DNA from: Micromonospora sp. 067-2
GTDB lineage: Bacteria > Actinomycetota > Actinomycetes > Mycobacteriales > Micromonosporaceae
DNA: 32,000 bases
Direction: 5' to 3'
Assembly: GCF_046549295.1 (NCBI RefSeq)
Contig: NZ_JAJPWB010000014.1
Coordinates: 135,495 to 167,494, forward strand
Each line of letters opens with the position of its first letter. The stretch's first letter is position 1. The notes under the pieces were generated by a model, which was not told the origin of the DNA, did not search any database, and was given only the letters and a program-made list of their open reading frames with translations. This document shows positions 1-9,674 of the stretch, one piece after another. The position numbers and the translations under genes are program-made.

Positions 1-123
1 ACCCGCCGCCCGAGCTTCGAGCGGACCAGGGAAGCCGACGAGAACCCGCTGGACTCCCAACGGAGCGAGCAGGCCCCGCCGCAATGGCGGCATCCGGGCG
101 ACGAGGACGACGAGAGGAGGTGA
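1..123 (+). CDS. 3' end of an unidentified gene entering from the left edge (acidic tail ...PPQWRHPGDEDDERR*)
   Basis: Frame 1 is open from base 1 to the TGA at 121-123. About 36 of 40 codons end in G/C, the third-position bias of real genes in this DNA. No family recognisable. Confidence 0.3.
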   Translation, partial: TRRPSFERTREADENPLDSQRSEQAPPQWRHPGDEDDERR

Positions 124-529
124 GGAGGTCCGGTCACCGGGCGCTCGATCCTGGACCAACCAGCAGTCGGTTCCTCAGATCGCGTGGCAGCCCGTGGGTG
201 TCGTGCAGGGAGCGCTGGTCCTTCCCGTAAGCGGTCTCCGGGACAGGCCACGGGAGACGACGAAGGGCCGCGCGGCACCAGTCCGCGCAACGGTTACCGC
301 CTCTCGAGCTGCGGGGCACGCGTCTCAGAATGAGAGCAGGACCAGGACAAGCGCGGCGTCCCCCGGTCAGCGCTGCTCAGCGCGTCGTCACGGCCGCGAT
401 CACAGCCCCGGCACGGCCAGCGGGGCGACCGGTTCGTCGATCACGTACCTGCGGTGCACCTGCACCAGGTGCGAAGGTCAGTCCTGGACCCTCAACCAAC
501 TGTGCCGCCAGCGGCGTCACCCCCGCAAT

Positions 530-1711
530 TCAGGTGTTCTCGTCGTAACGTTCTCGTGTCAGCCGGTTGGCCGTCTCTGGTTCGAGACCACTGGCGCGCA
601 GCAGGTCACTCGCCGCGACGCGTGTCTGGGTGACCAGGGTCTGGCTGAACCGGCCGGTAGCGACGTCGCCAGCCTTCCGGGCGCTGCGCATGGCCGCCTG
701 GGCTGTTGCTCGCGCCCGCCGTGGATCACGTCCCGAGACGCGTTCGGCTCGAAGCTGCTCGTTGGCGTCGGCGAGTTGCCTGAGTGTCTCGGTCAGCTCA
801 CGCGGAACGGTCTCGTCGTACTGCAAGGCGGTCGCCGAGGTACGCGCCAGATCCTGTGCGTCGTCGATCAGCCGTTGGCCATGCTCAGCGAAGTGGGCGA
901 ACTGTTCCACGTCATCTCGCCGGAGCCATCTCGCCGGAGCCAGACTCACCACCTCCTTCGCTCCGTCGAGCGCCTGCGACAATCGCGCGAGGTCGGGTCC
1001 CGAGTTCTGCAGGCGCTGCAGCGACGCGGTCGCCTGCTCAGCGTCACGCTCGTTCAACGCAGTCGCGATGGTGCGTAGTTCCGCGCTGGTCAGCTGAACG
1101 ATCGGTATGGCCGCCCGGTTGAGAATGCGCATCGGGTTGACCGGGAAAAGAAGCGTGACCACCACCAGCCCCACCGCCCCACCGATGAAGGCATCCAGGA
1201 TCCTGGGCCACTCAAGATTGGGACTCACCGGCGACAGGGTCGCGATCACGACAGCCGAAGCACCCGCGTGGGCCACGATCGCGCCGCTGCCACCGGAAAG
1301 GATCAGCGCGATCGCGATCGCGATCCCCACCGCCAAACCGATCTGCACCGGTCCCGGACCGACGGTATAGAGCAGAGCGTCCCCGATGAGGATTCCAATT
1401 ACCACGCCGATCAGCGTCTGGGCGGTTCGTCGGACCCGCTGACCGATCGCGGCAACGATCGTTCCGACCGCCGCGGACGGAGCGAACACCGGCGCAGGGA
1501 TGCCCAACACGTCGTGCCCGATGAACCACGACAACGCCGCAGCCAGCGCCGCCTGCACCGCGATCACCAGGATGACGTTCGTCAGGCGCAGCCGCACCCG
1601 CCACTCCCGACGACCACGCTGGCGAACCCGCTCTGCCACCTGCCGGACGCGGCTGGCGACGGCGTCAACGTCGGAGGGCGGACCGAGCGGGCGCTCCTGG
1701 GCAGCACTCAT
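530..1711 (-). CDS. FUSC / aromatic-acid-exporter-like integral membrane protein
   Basis: ORF track 530..1735 (-). The N-terminal half has several hydrophobic helices (NVILVIAVQAALAAALSWFIG, LIGVVIGILIGDALLY, GLAVGIAIAIALILSGG). The C-terminal half is a long Ala/Arg/Glu-rich helical soluble domain. This is the layout of fusaric-acid-resistance-type (FUSC/ArAE) proteins. The ATG at 1711 (MSAAQERP) is preferred over the TTG at 1735. Confidence 0.75.
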   Translation of the reverse strand: MSAAQERPLGPPSDVDAVASRVRQVAERVRQRGRREWRVRLRLTNVILVIAVQAALAAALSWFIGHDVLGIPAPVFAPSAAVGTIVAAIGQRVRRTAQTLIGVVIGILIGDALLYTVGPGPVQIGLAVGIAIAIALILSGGSGAIVAHAGASAVVIATLSPVSPNLEWPRILDAFIGGAVGLVVVTLLFPVNPMRILNRAAIPIVQLTSAELRTIATALNERDAEQATASLQRLQNSGPDLARLSQALDGAKEVVSLAPARWLRRDDVEQFAHFAEHGQRLIDDAQDLARTSATALQYDETVPRELTETLRQLADANEQLRAERVSGRDPRRARATAQAAMRSARKAGDVATGRFSQTLVTQTRVAASDLLRASGLEPETANRLTRERYDENT

Positions 1712-1952
1712 ACGGGTGACTACCCGAAGCAGCAACCAACAAGACTCTGGTCAACATCTTCGGTTGCGGAGCGAGGTGCCTTCGCCGCGTCGAAGCGGGC
1801 GGCCGAGCCCGACCACCGGCGCTGTTCAAAACGCACCGTGGCGTGACCTGCCGGAACGCCTCCGGCCGTGAACGGGCCGACACGTGTGGCCCCGCCGCCG
1901 ACAACCGATGTCTGCGGTCATCGCACCGGGGCCCCCGGGCAGGGTACTGAAT

Positions 1953-2276
1953 TCACGTTGTGGATGAAGCGGCGATCGGGCTGCCGGTGTTGACGACCCA
2001 GAGCCGGTCGGCCGGGTCCACTACGATGCTCTGCACCGAGACGAACGTGTTGGCGTCGTCGTCCCTGGCGGGCTGGTTCCAGGCATGGTCCGGGAAGGGC
2101 ACCTCGCGGCCGTCGCGCAGCTCGACCACCGTGGCGGGCACGTCGTCGCCCCACGTGGGGAAGTTCACGAAGATCCGGCCGGTGTGCGAGACGGTTACCC
2201 CGGTGGGCACAGGTCCGGCGAAGGTGTGCACGAGTTCGAGGTCGCCGACGGGTTCATGGGCTCGGGGGCCGTTCAT
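1953..2276 (-). pseudogene. N-terminal fragment (~107 aa) of a major-royal-jelly/yellow-like (L-dopachrome-tautomerase-related) beta-propeller protein
   Basis: The peptide VTGVTVSHTGRIFVNFPTWGDDVPATVVEL...FVSVQSIVVDPADRLWVVNTGSP matches the N-terminal blades of bacterial MRJP-family proteins as I remember them. Those proteins are ~350 aa, whereas this ORF stops after GSPIAASSTT. No continuation is visible in any frame in 1736-1952. Confidence 0.55.
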
Positions 2277-2434
2277 CCGCTGCTCCTGACTGTCGGCGCG
2301 CCGCCTTTTTCCCGAAGCCCTGAGCGGCAAACGCTGAGGTGCTGCCAGCCCGGAGCGTGCTCTACGAAATCACCGTGATCGGGGCACCGGACCGTGACAG
2401 CGCCAGCAACCAGCGTCACGACCCCGCGCGCCGA

Positions 2435-3608
2435 TCATCGGTTGGGTTCGAAGACGGCGCGTACGCAGCCGTCGAGCTTGTTCTTGAACATGTTGTATCC
2501 CTGTGGCGCCTCGTTCAGTGCCATGGTGTGTGTCGCGAGGTGTTCGGTGACCAGTTCGCCGCGTGCCATCCGTTCGAGCAGCATCGGAATGTAGCGGTGT
2601 CCGTGCTGTTGGGCGCCGCGCAGGGTGAGGCCCTTGTTCATGACCGCCCCGAGCGGGAACTTGTCGATAAGGCCGGCGAAGACGCCGAGCAGGAACACGC
2701 TGCCGCCCTTGCGGCAGTGGTAGATGGCCTCCCGGGCGGCGATCGGGCGGTCCGATTCCAGGCGCAGCTGCTGCTTGACCTGGTCGTACAGATACTGCAG
2801 CCCGGTGCTGTGGGATTCCATCCCCACCGCCTCGATGCACACGTCGGGCCCGCGCCCGCCGCTGCGTTCGATCAGTTCACCGCCGACGTCCTGGGTCTGG
2901 TAGCTGAGCGTCTCCACGCCCAGGTACTTCTCCGCCATCTGCAGCCGATTGGCGTAGCTGTCAATGATGATCACCCGCGCCGCGCCGAGCAGGACCGCCG
3001 CGTGCGGCCATCTGGCCCACCCCGCCCGCGCCCCACACCGCGACAACGTCGCCGGCCTTGACCCCACCGAGGTCCGCGCCCATCCAGCCGGTAGGGGCGG
3101 CATCGGAGGCGAAGAGAGCACGCTCGTCGCTCACCTCGTCGGGGACGGTGAAGGCCCCCTGGTCGGCGTAGGGAACGCGGATGTACTCGGCGTGGCTGCC
3201 CGCGAAGCCGCCGAGTGCGTGGGAGTAGCCGTAGCAGCCGCCGGGTGCGAAACCCCAGAGGTTCTCGGTGATCGCGGGGTTGGTGTTGCCGTTGTCGCAC
3301 AGGGAGTAGTGCTTTTGCTGGCAGTACCAGCAGCGGCCGCAGGAGATGAACGAGCAGACCACCACCCGGTCGCCCACCTTGTGCTTCCGCACCTGCGGGC
3401 CGACCTCGACCACCTCGCCCAGGAACTCGTGCCCCAGCACGTCGCCCCGCTGCATGAATGGGATGTACCCACCCAGCAGGTGCAGGTCGGAGCCGCACGT
3501 CGTCGTCTTGCGCACCCGGATGATGGCGTCCTGCTCGTTGCGCATCGTCGGGTCCGGAACCTCGTTCACCGACAGTTCGTTGACGCCTTGCCACACCAGT
3601 GCCTTCAC
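2435..3608 (-). pseudogene. Zn-dependent alcohol/formaldehyde dehydrogenase (MDR family), interrupted by a frameshift near 3000-3008
   Basis: ORF 2961..3608 (-) carries the catalytic-Zn motif GHEFLGEVVEVG, the structural-Zn cysteines CGRCWYCQQKHYSLC and the start of the Rossmann motif VAVWGAGGVGQMAA. ORF 2435..3121 (-) continues in another frame with HAAVLLGAARVIIIDSYANRLQMAEK...GYNMFKNK. The two frames swap immediately after the QM codons at 3009-3014. Confidence 0.85.
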
Positions 3609-4090
3609 AGTCGCCCCTCCCGCCGACCTTGCCGCGTCGCCATCTGCAGCGGTTTGTTGACCGCCGTCGTCCGGGTGGTGGATGGAGAGTCAGGGTGCAA
3701 CACCTCGCCGGTTTCCAGGAGCTGCTTCGTCTCGCGCAGCGCGGCGCGGATCGCCTGGTGGGGATCGCGACCCGCGAGTCGCCTGGCTCCCGCTGTCACC
3801 GGCGACTGGGCACCGTCGCGCAGCCGTACCGCCAGCTCGATGCCGCGGTCAGCCGCGGCGCGGCGGATCTGCACCTCCACGGCGTCACCGAGACCGGCCA
3901 GTGGCTCGGGAAGTGGCGAGTCCGGGGCCAGCTCGTCGTGGAGAGGGTTCACCGTCACCACGTGCCACCGCGGTTCGCGCCGCATCAGCGGGGTCCGCTG
4001 CCAGCCCCGTTGACGGCCCGACGGAAGCAGGAACCTGCGCACGGCCCACCCCCCGACCACGACGACCCCCGTCTTGACCAACGCCCTCAT
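3605..4090 (-). CDS. Conserved actinobacterial hypothetical protein with an N-terminal membrane anchor (possibly SRPBCC-like)
   Basis: ORF 3605..4165 (-). The likely start is the ATG at 4090 (MRALVKTGVVVVGGWAVRRF, a hydrophobic helix). The stretch WHVVTVNPLHDELAPDSPLPEPLAGLGDAVEVQI...LRETKQLLETGEVL resembles a family I recall next to dehydrogenases in actinomycetes. Its TGA (3605-3607) overlaps the GTG start (3606-3608) of the downstream ADH, giving a GTGA junction. Confidence 0.6.
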   Translation of the reverse strand: MRALVKTGVVVVGGWAVRRFLLPSGRQRGWQRTPLMRREPRWHVVTVNPLHDELAPDSPLPEPLAGLGDAVEVQIRRAAADRGIELAVRLRDGAQSPVTAGARRLAGRDPHQAIRAALRETKQLLETGEVLHPDSPSTTRTTAVNKPLQMATRQGRREGRL

Positions 4091-4245
4091 ATGTGCCTCC
4101 GGGTCGACCGCGCCCATCGCCGCATCTGCCTGACCGGCGACTCCGTCATGGACAAACCGTCTCATATCCGTTCAGTGTCACGCTGACGATTCCCGCACCC
4201 GGCGAGGGGCGGTGGTGCGGGCGCGACACCACGTGGGTGAAGGAC

Positions 4246-4514
4246 TCACCGCTCGATGATCAGCCGAGCCACGAACAAGCCAATCCACCGACCGCGGGGC
4301 TCCTCGTAGTCGCCGCCGTGGATGGCCCCTGCCCTGGGCGCGGGACCATCGGCGGGGCGGCCCGGCGTCCCGTACCCGAGATGGCGCGGGTCCGGATGAC
4401 CTCCGTGGCTTCTGCGGCCACCTCGCCCGCGACCGCCGCCGTCGCCCGGGGCCGTCGACCGGCGGTAGCGGCGGCCTCCAACGCGGTGAGCAGGACCGCG
4501 GGCCGCTCGAGCAA
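4246..4514 (-). pseudogene. Small unidentified gene that appears to switch reading frame midway
   Basis: G/C at third codon positions is about 90% in the frame of ORF 4260..4514 over roughly 4370-4514 (LLERPAVLLTALEAAATAG...EVAAEATEVIRTRA). It is equally high in the frame of ORF 4246..4539 over 4246-4330 (AIHGGDYEEPRGRWIGLFVARLIIER*). No family recognised. Confidence 0.25.
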
Positions 4515-4596
4515 CGCCTGTCTCCCTCAGGTAACCCACGCTACGGAGGCGGTCCCAGACAGGTGCCGCCTCCGCGCGTCATGCGGACAACCCTGG

Positions 4597-5754
4597 TCAG
4601 CGCCCGCCGTCGGGGTGCAGCAGCACCTTGGTCCAGCCGTCGTTGCGGGCATCGAAGTTGCGGTACCCCTCCGGTGCCTGATCCAGCGTGAGTTCGTGCG
4701 ACACCAGGAAAGAAGGCTCGGCCTTGTGGTTCGCGATGAGGTTCATCAGCTGCCGGTTGTAGTTTTTCACGTTGCACTGACCGGTGCCCATGCTCTGTCC
4801 CTTGAACCAGAACATGCCGAAGTCGAACGGCGCCTTGCCCTGTTTCTGCAGCGGGTCCGGCGACCCGGGGTCCGTCGGCATGTACACGCCGACCACGCCG
4901 ATCGTGCCGCCGAACCGCACCGAGTGCACGAGGTTGTTCAACGTCAGCGCCGACTTCTCCTGGCCCTGCGGGTCATGCGCCTGGTAACCGACGGCCTCGC
5001 AGCCGCGGTCCGCGCCCCTCCCGCCGGTCTGCTCCAGGATCTGGTCAACCGGCGACCCCTTGGAATCGTCGATTGGGATGGCGCCGATCCGCTCCGCCAG
5101 GCGCAGCCGGTCCGGGTGCCGGTCGACCACCATCACCATGTTGGCGCCCTTGATGATCGCGGAGTACGCGGCCAGCAACCCGACCGGTCCGGCACCATAA
5201 ACTGCCACGCTGTCGCCGGGTCGGACGCAGGCGAGCTCGGTCGCGTGCCAGCCGGTGGGGAAGATGTCCGAGAGCATGACGTAGTCCTTCTGCCGGCTCA
5301 TGTCCCGGACGTCGGGCGGCAGGACCAGGCAGTTGAAGTCGGCCCACGGCACCCGCAGCAGCTTAGCCTGACCGCCCGCGTAAGGACCCATGTCGGCATA
5401 CCCGTAGGCCGCGCCGGCCATACCGGGCGCCGGGTTGGCCACCAGACAGAACGCCGTCAGACCCTGATTGCAGTTCGCGCAGGACCCGCACGAGACGTTG
5501 AACGGCATGCACACCATGTCGCCGACCTTGACCAGGTGGACCCCTTCGCCGACCTCGATGACCTCACCCATGTTCTCGTGCCCGAGCACCGAGCCCGGCT
5601 GCAGATCCGTGCGCCCGTCGTACATGTGCAGGTCAGACCCGCAAATGTTCGTCGTCGTGATCCGTACCAAGGCGTCCGTCGGTCGCTCGATCCTGGCGTC
5701 CGGCACCTCCTTGACGCTGACCGTCCGTGGCCCGTCGTACACGACCGCTTTCAT
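4597..5754 (-). CDS. Glutathione-independent formaldehyde dehydrogenase-like Zn-dependent dehydrogenase (MDR family)
   Basis: Intact 385-aa ORF with GHENMGEVIEVG, CGSCANCNQGLTAFC, Rossmann VAVYGAGPVG and the tail FDARNDGWTKVLLHP typical of this subgroup. It is a paralogue of the broken gene at 2435-3608. Confidence 0.9.
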   Translation of the reverse strand: MKAVVYDGPRTVSVKEVPDARIERPTDALVRITTTNICGSDLHMYDGRTDLQPGSVLGHENMGEVIEVGEGVHLVKVGDMVCMPFNVSCGSCANCNQGLTAFCLVANPAPGMAGAAYGYADMGPYAGGQAKLLRVPWADFNCLVLPPDVRDMSRQKDYVMLSDIFPTGWHATELACVRPGDSVAVYGAGPVGLLAAYSAIIKGANMVMVVDRHPDRLRLAERIGAIPIDDSKGSPVDQILEQTGGRGADRGCEAVGYQAHDPQGQEKSALTLNNLVHSVRFGGTIGVVGVYMPTDPGSPDPLQKQGKAPFDFGMFWFKGQSMGTGQCNVKNYNRQLMNLIANHKAEPSFLVSHELTLDQAPEGYRNFDARNDGWTKVLLHPDGGR

Positions 5755-6152
5755 TCAGTACCCCCCGCGTGAAGATTCCCGCCCCCCTACTGCGGCTCCG
5801 GGGCCGCCGGCAGTCTTATTCTCGCAACTCCGCTCTTCCCCCCACCTCCTGATTCGCGCTATTGGCTGGGTGGAGAAGAAGCCGGTCATCGCTGAACGCT
5901 CTGGTGTCTTCGCCACCGACGGCCCCTACCAACGAGGTGTTCCTTGTCGACACGCATGACGCGCGAAGGCCAGGTACGCGAGCGCCACCGGATCGACGCC
6001 GATTCTGGCTCCCGCTGAGCGGCCCGCAGGCTGGCCGACCACACCCCACTGACCACCACCGTCAGCCCCAGCCTCCGCGCTGTCCTCCGCAGGATCGCCG
6101 AGCGGATGGCGCCGACCTAGACCGGCGCCATCCGCCGAGGGGGTCGGTGGCG

Positions 6153-6995
6153 CTACAACATTTCCAGCGGTTGCGGGCCGGCCGGCGGCGGGAACGCCGT
6201 GTCGAGTGCCGCTACGTCCTCCTCGCTCAGGTGCAGGTCGCGCGCTTCGGCGTTCTCCCGGGTGTGGTCGGACTTGGACGATCGAGGGATGGCGGCAACC
6301 CTCTCCTGCCGCAGCAGCCAGGCCAGCGCCACTTGAGCGGGCGTGGCCCCGTGCCGGGCGGCGACCTCCGCGACCTGGGGGTGGCCGAGCAGTCGGCCCT
6401 GCTCGATGGGCGAGTAGGCCATCACCGGGATTCGGTGCTCGCGTAGCCACGGCAGCAGTTCGTACTCGGGACCGCGGCGGGTGAGGTTGTACAGGATCTG
6501 ATTGGTCGCGCAGGAGTTCCCGCCCGCCTCGAGCAGCTCCGTCATGTCGGAAAGATCGAAGTTGCTCACGCCCCACTGCCCGATGTCACCGGCGTCGACG
6601 AGTTCGGCGAACGCCTCGATCGTCTCCGCGAGCGGATGAGTGCCTCGCCAGTGCAGGAGATAGAGGTCGATGTGGTCGACGCCGAGTCGTTGCAAGCTGC
6701 GGCGACAGGCCTGCACGGTTCCCCGTCGGCTGGCGTTGGACGGCACCACCTTGTCGACCAGAAAGACGTCGGTGCGTCGTCCGGCGATCGCCTCGCCGAC
6801 GAATTCCTCGGAAGCGCCGTCACCGTACATCTCCGCAGTGTCGATCATGGTCATGCCCAGGTCGAGCCCGGTGCGTACGGCGGTGTTCTCGTCTTGTCGC
6901 CTCGCGGGGTTCTCGCCCAGGTACCAGGTTCCCTGGCCGAGCACGGGCATGGTCTGGCCGGACGGCAGTTCGATCGCGGCGGCAGCGAGGGCCAT
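6153..6995 (-). CDS. Aldo/keto reductase
   Basis: MPVLGQGTWYLGE, IDTAEMYGDG, HIDLYLLHW, GVSNF and IPRSSKSDHTREN are classic AKR blocks. The ATG at 6995 (MALAAAAIELPSG) is preferred, because the 36 codons upstream in the track ORF look non-coding. Confidence 0.9.
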   Translation of the reverse strand: MALAAAAIELPSGQTMPVLGQGTWYLGENPARRQDENTAVRTGLDLGMTMIDTAEMYGDGASEEFVGEAIAGRRTDVFLVDKVVPSNASRRGTVQACRRSLQRLGVDHIDLYLLHWRGTHPLAETIEAFAELVDAGDIGQWGVSNFDLSDMTELLEAGGNSCATNQILYNLTRRGPEYELLPWLREHRIPVMAYSPIEQGRLLGHPQVAEVAARHGATPAQVALAWLLRQERVAAIPRSSKSDHTRENAEARDLHLSEEDVAALDTAFPPPAGPQPLEML

Positions 6996-7572
6996 GTGGC
7001 GACCTTTCCGGAGCCTGTGGTGTCTATAGGTTGCCTGCGTTACCCACCACGACAGGCAGTACACCCCCTCTGAGCGCGACCTCTTCTCCGCGACGGCCCT
7101 CACCGTGTAGCGAGCACCTGGCGGATTGTCCGCTCTCGAGCGGCCTTCGCCGGCCCCTTCGCCGATCCCGGCACCGCGAGGGTGACCGCGAGTAAGCGAC
7201 GCACCCCTGACCGGGCGGCGCGGCGAAACGGCACGTCACGTCCCGGTTCTTTCGCCGTCGAACGGCTTCGGACGCTGCCCGGGTCAGGGCCCACGCCGGG
7301 ACCGGTGTGGCTGATTGGCTGGTCAACGTGCCGGCGGTGCTGGTCATCCTGCTCCCGCTTGCGTTCTGTACGGGCTGTTCCGCAACGGCTCCTCCGACTT
7401 GCGGCGCAGCTGCCACATCGCTGATTCCGGCCACTTGCCCCGGATCGGGGTGGCGGGCAGGCCTGGGTGCTGACACTGAGAGGCGAGCGCGATGACAGTG
7501 GTCGGAGAGGTCACGACGACCGTAGGTCGCTGAGTGGACGGCGACTTGCCCTGCTACACGTGAGGAGCACCG

Positions 7573-8712
7573 ATGACCCGCAGCGAGCGGCACCGGCCGG
7601 AGATCGTCGTCGGACTGGTGGCGACCCCGCCGGATTACCCGGCCCGGGTGGCCGCGCGGCTCACCGCCGAGCTGGCCGGCCGGCTTGCCGATCGGGTGGA
7701 CGCCGACGTGCGGTGGACCGTCCGGGAAGGCTGGGGTGAGGTGGCGCCGCGCCGCGACGGCGGCGTTGAGGCGCTGCTCGATGATCTTGCCCAACGGCGC
7801 GCCGGCGACCGGTGGGACGTCGCAATCTGCCTTACCGACCTGCCGCTGCACACCGAGCGGGCGCCGCTGGTCGCGCAGAGCTCAGCCCGTCGCCGAGTCG
7901 CGGTGGTGTCTCTGCCCGCGCTGGGACTTGGGCAGTTGCGAGCGGCCCGCGTGGCCGTCCCGGATCTGGTGAGCCGACTGCTCACCGACGCTTCCGACCA
8001 GCGGGTGGCGCCGGCCGGCTGGGCACCGGGCGAGATGGCGAGCCGGATTACCGCCATCCACCGTGTGGTTGGCGAGGCCGATGCCGGGGAACTGCGCTAC
8101 GTCGACTCGCGGCTGACCGGCCGGGTGCGGCTGTTGACCGGAATGGTCAAGGCCAACCGCCCGGGGCGTGCTCTGCTGGGCCTGTCCAAGCTGCTGGTCG
8201 GCGCGTTCGGCACGGCCGCGTTCGCGCTCACCACGAGCACCGTCTGGCAGATGGGCGAAGCGCTCGGCGGACTCCGGCTCGCCGTGATCATGATACTCGG
8301 GCTGGCTGCGTTGGTGGCTTGGCTGATCATCGCCCACGACCTGTGGGAGGAACCAGGCCGCGAGACACCGCCTGAGCTGGCCCGGATGTTCAACCTGGGT
8401 ACGATCCTCACCCTCACCCTGGCTACCGCGGTGTCCTACCTGGTTCTGTTCGCCGGAACGGTTCTCGCCGCGGCGCTGCTGATTGACACATCCGTGCTGG
8501 AACAGACCCTGCAGCGCCCAGTCGGTATCACCGACTACCTGACGCTCGCCTGGATCACCAGCTCGCTAGCCACCGTCGGCGGCGCGATCGGCTCCGGGCT
8601 GGAGAACGAGGAAAAGGTACGGGCCGCCGCCTACGGCTACCATCCCGAACCCGGCGGCTGGCGGGACGAGAGCGACGGAATCTCCGTCGGTGAGGACAGG
8701 ACCTCCGGTTGA
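7573..8712 (+). CDS. Conserved hypothetical membrane protein: ~190-aa soluble N-terminal domain plus 4 predicted TM helices
   Basis: 379-aa ORF with strong G/C third-position bias. The N-terminal domain reads EIVVGLVATPP...DVAICLTDLPLHTERAPLVA...VAVVSLPALG. The C-terminal helices are LLVGAFGTAAFALTTSTVW, LAVIMILGLAALVAWLIIA, LGTILTLTLATAVSYLVLFAGTVLAAALLI and LTLAWITSSLATVGGAIG. No family with a known function recognised. Confidence 0.75.
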   Translation: MTRSERHRPEIVVGLVATPPDYPARVAARLTAELAGRLADRVDADVRWTVREGWGEVAPRRDGGVEALLDDLAQRRAGDRWDVAICLTDLPLHTERAPLVAQSSARRRVAVVSLPALGLGQLRAARVAVPDLVSRLLTDASDQRVAPAGWAPGEMASRITAIHRVVGEADAGELRYVDSRLTGRVRLLTGMVKANRPGRALLGLSKLLVGAFGTAAFALTTSTVWQMGEALGGLRLAVIMILGLAALVAWLIIAHDLWEEPGRETPPELARMFNLGTILTLTLATAVSYLVLFAGTVLAAALLIDTSVLEQTLQRPVGITDYLTLAWITSSLATVGGAIGSGLENEEKVRAAAYGYHPEPGGWRDESDGISVGEDRTSG

Positions 8713-9011
8713 ACTTGATCAGGAGATTTGGATCGGAATGTGAAGGTATGCCGTCCGGCCGGCGCATGGTGACGTGTTCAGGCGCGAGCAGCGGCGTTCG
8801 AGGCAGCGGTGCCGGCAGCACGTGTAGCTGATGCTGCCCGCCCGAACTGTTGCGGCGGGGGCAGCGGCGGTTGGGTTCGCGGCGATCGTGGCCGCTCGGT
8901 GGCTGCTTTGACGTCGGGGAATTGTCACGGACGTACGGCTAACCAACCGACCTCAGTGGGAATAGCCGCGCCCGGTATCACGGAGGTGCTCCGTCGGGCA
9001 TTCTGTGCCAC

Positions 9012-9266
9012 ATGCTCCTGGTTCTGGCCCAGCCGCCCGTGTCCTTGGATCCTGGCTGGACACAGTGGGTTCCTGCGGCGTCGGCAGCCGTGGCACTGCT
9101 CGCGTTGCTGGTCGCACTGACCAACCGCAACGTATCCCAGCGGGCCCTGGCGATATCGATGCAGCAAGAGGATCGCCGTACGGCCCGACTGAACGTCACT
9201 CTTGCCGACTCGGCGTCGTGGCGTGGGTCGGCGGCGGACGGGATGGCGCTAGGAGTCGGAGAGTAA
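9012..9266 (+). CDS. Small single-pass membrane protein, possibly truncated at the island boundary
   Basis: 84-aa ORF with about 75% G/C at third positions and one hydrophobic helix (AASAAVALLALLVAL). Its last 18 nt overlap the convergent low-GC ORF, so its stop lies exactly where GC content drops. Confidence 0.35.
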   Translation: MLLVLAQPPVSLDPGWTQWVPAASAAVALLALLVALTNRNVSQRALAISMQQEDRRTARLNVTLADSASWRGSAADGMALGVGE

Positions 9267-9674
9267 GTCCCGGAAGGGACCGATTCCCCAGGCACGCGCA
9301 ATTGGTAGCAGAAAGTTTGGCACGTGATCGTAGTCCTTCTCGACAACTGGCCAAAAGACGATATTGCCTTCTGCGTCCCATTCGAATATCGATTGCAGTT
9401 GCTTCGTTCGGCCATCCTTAGTCATGCCGGTAACGGCGATCGCCTCCTTGCGGTCTGGGCGATCTCTGGCTGGCACGATTGCTCGATTCCGAAGATCCTC
9501 GCCAGGCTTGGCGAATGCAACCCACTGCTCTCCCGCAAAAATGAACCCGTTCGCTCCCGCTATGCGGATCTCGTTCGCCAGTCGCTGGAACGCGAGTCGT
9601 TTGGCGTCCTGATCGGAGAATGCAATCGGCAGGTGTGCGACTATGCGGTCATTAATCCAAAAGGTAAGCGAAGG
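9249..9674 (-). pseudogene. Distal segment (~139-141 codons) of the low-GC orphan gene, lacking its own start
   Basis: The track ORF 9249..9476 begins at a GTG, but the same frame stays open upstream to a TGA at 9675-9677 with no ATG/GTG/TTG in between. That upstream stretch reads as protein-like sequence (LTFWINDRIVAHLPIAFSDQDAKRLAFQRLANEIRIAGANGFIFAGEQWVAFAKPGEDL). It is best read as a continuation of 9652..10563 after a frameshift. Confidence 0.55.

Noticed and set aside
134-530. Small ORFs at the left end (134..319 -, 330..548 +).
   Set aside because: One (134..319) has moderate third-position bias, but neither has recognisable motifs or a convincing start context, so they are left unannotated.
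4093-5772. Very long ORFs on the opposite strand of confidently identified genes. Examples: 4093..5772 (+), 194..1078 (+), 2964..4013 (+), 17620..18813 (-), 20106..21464 (-), 25734..26678 (-) and 30707..31786 (-).
   Set aside because: They are Arg/Pro/Gly/Ala-rich shadow ORFs of the kind that high-GC DNA produces antisense to real genes. In every case the opposite strand has clear family motifs.
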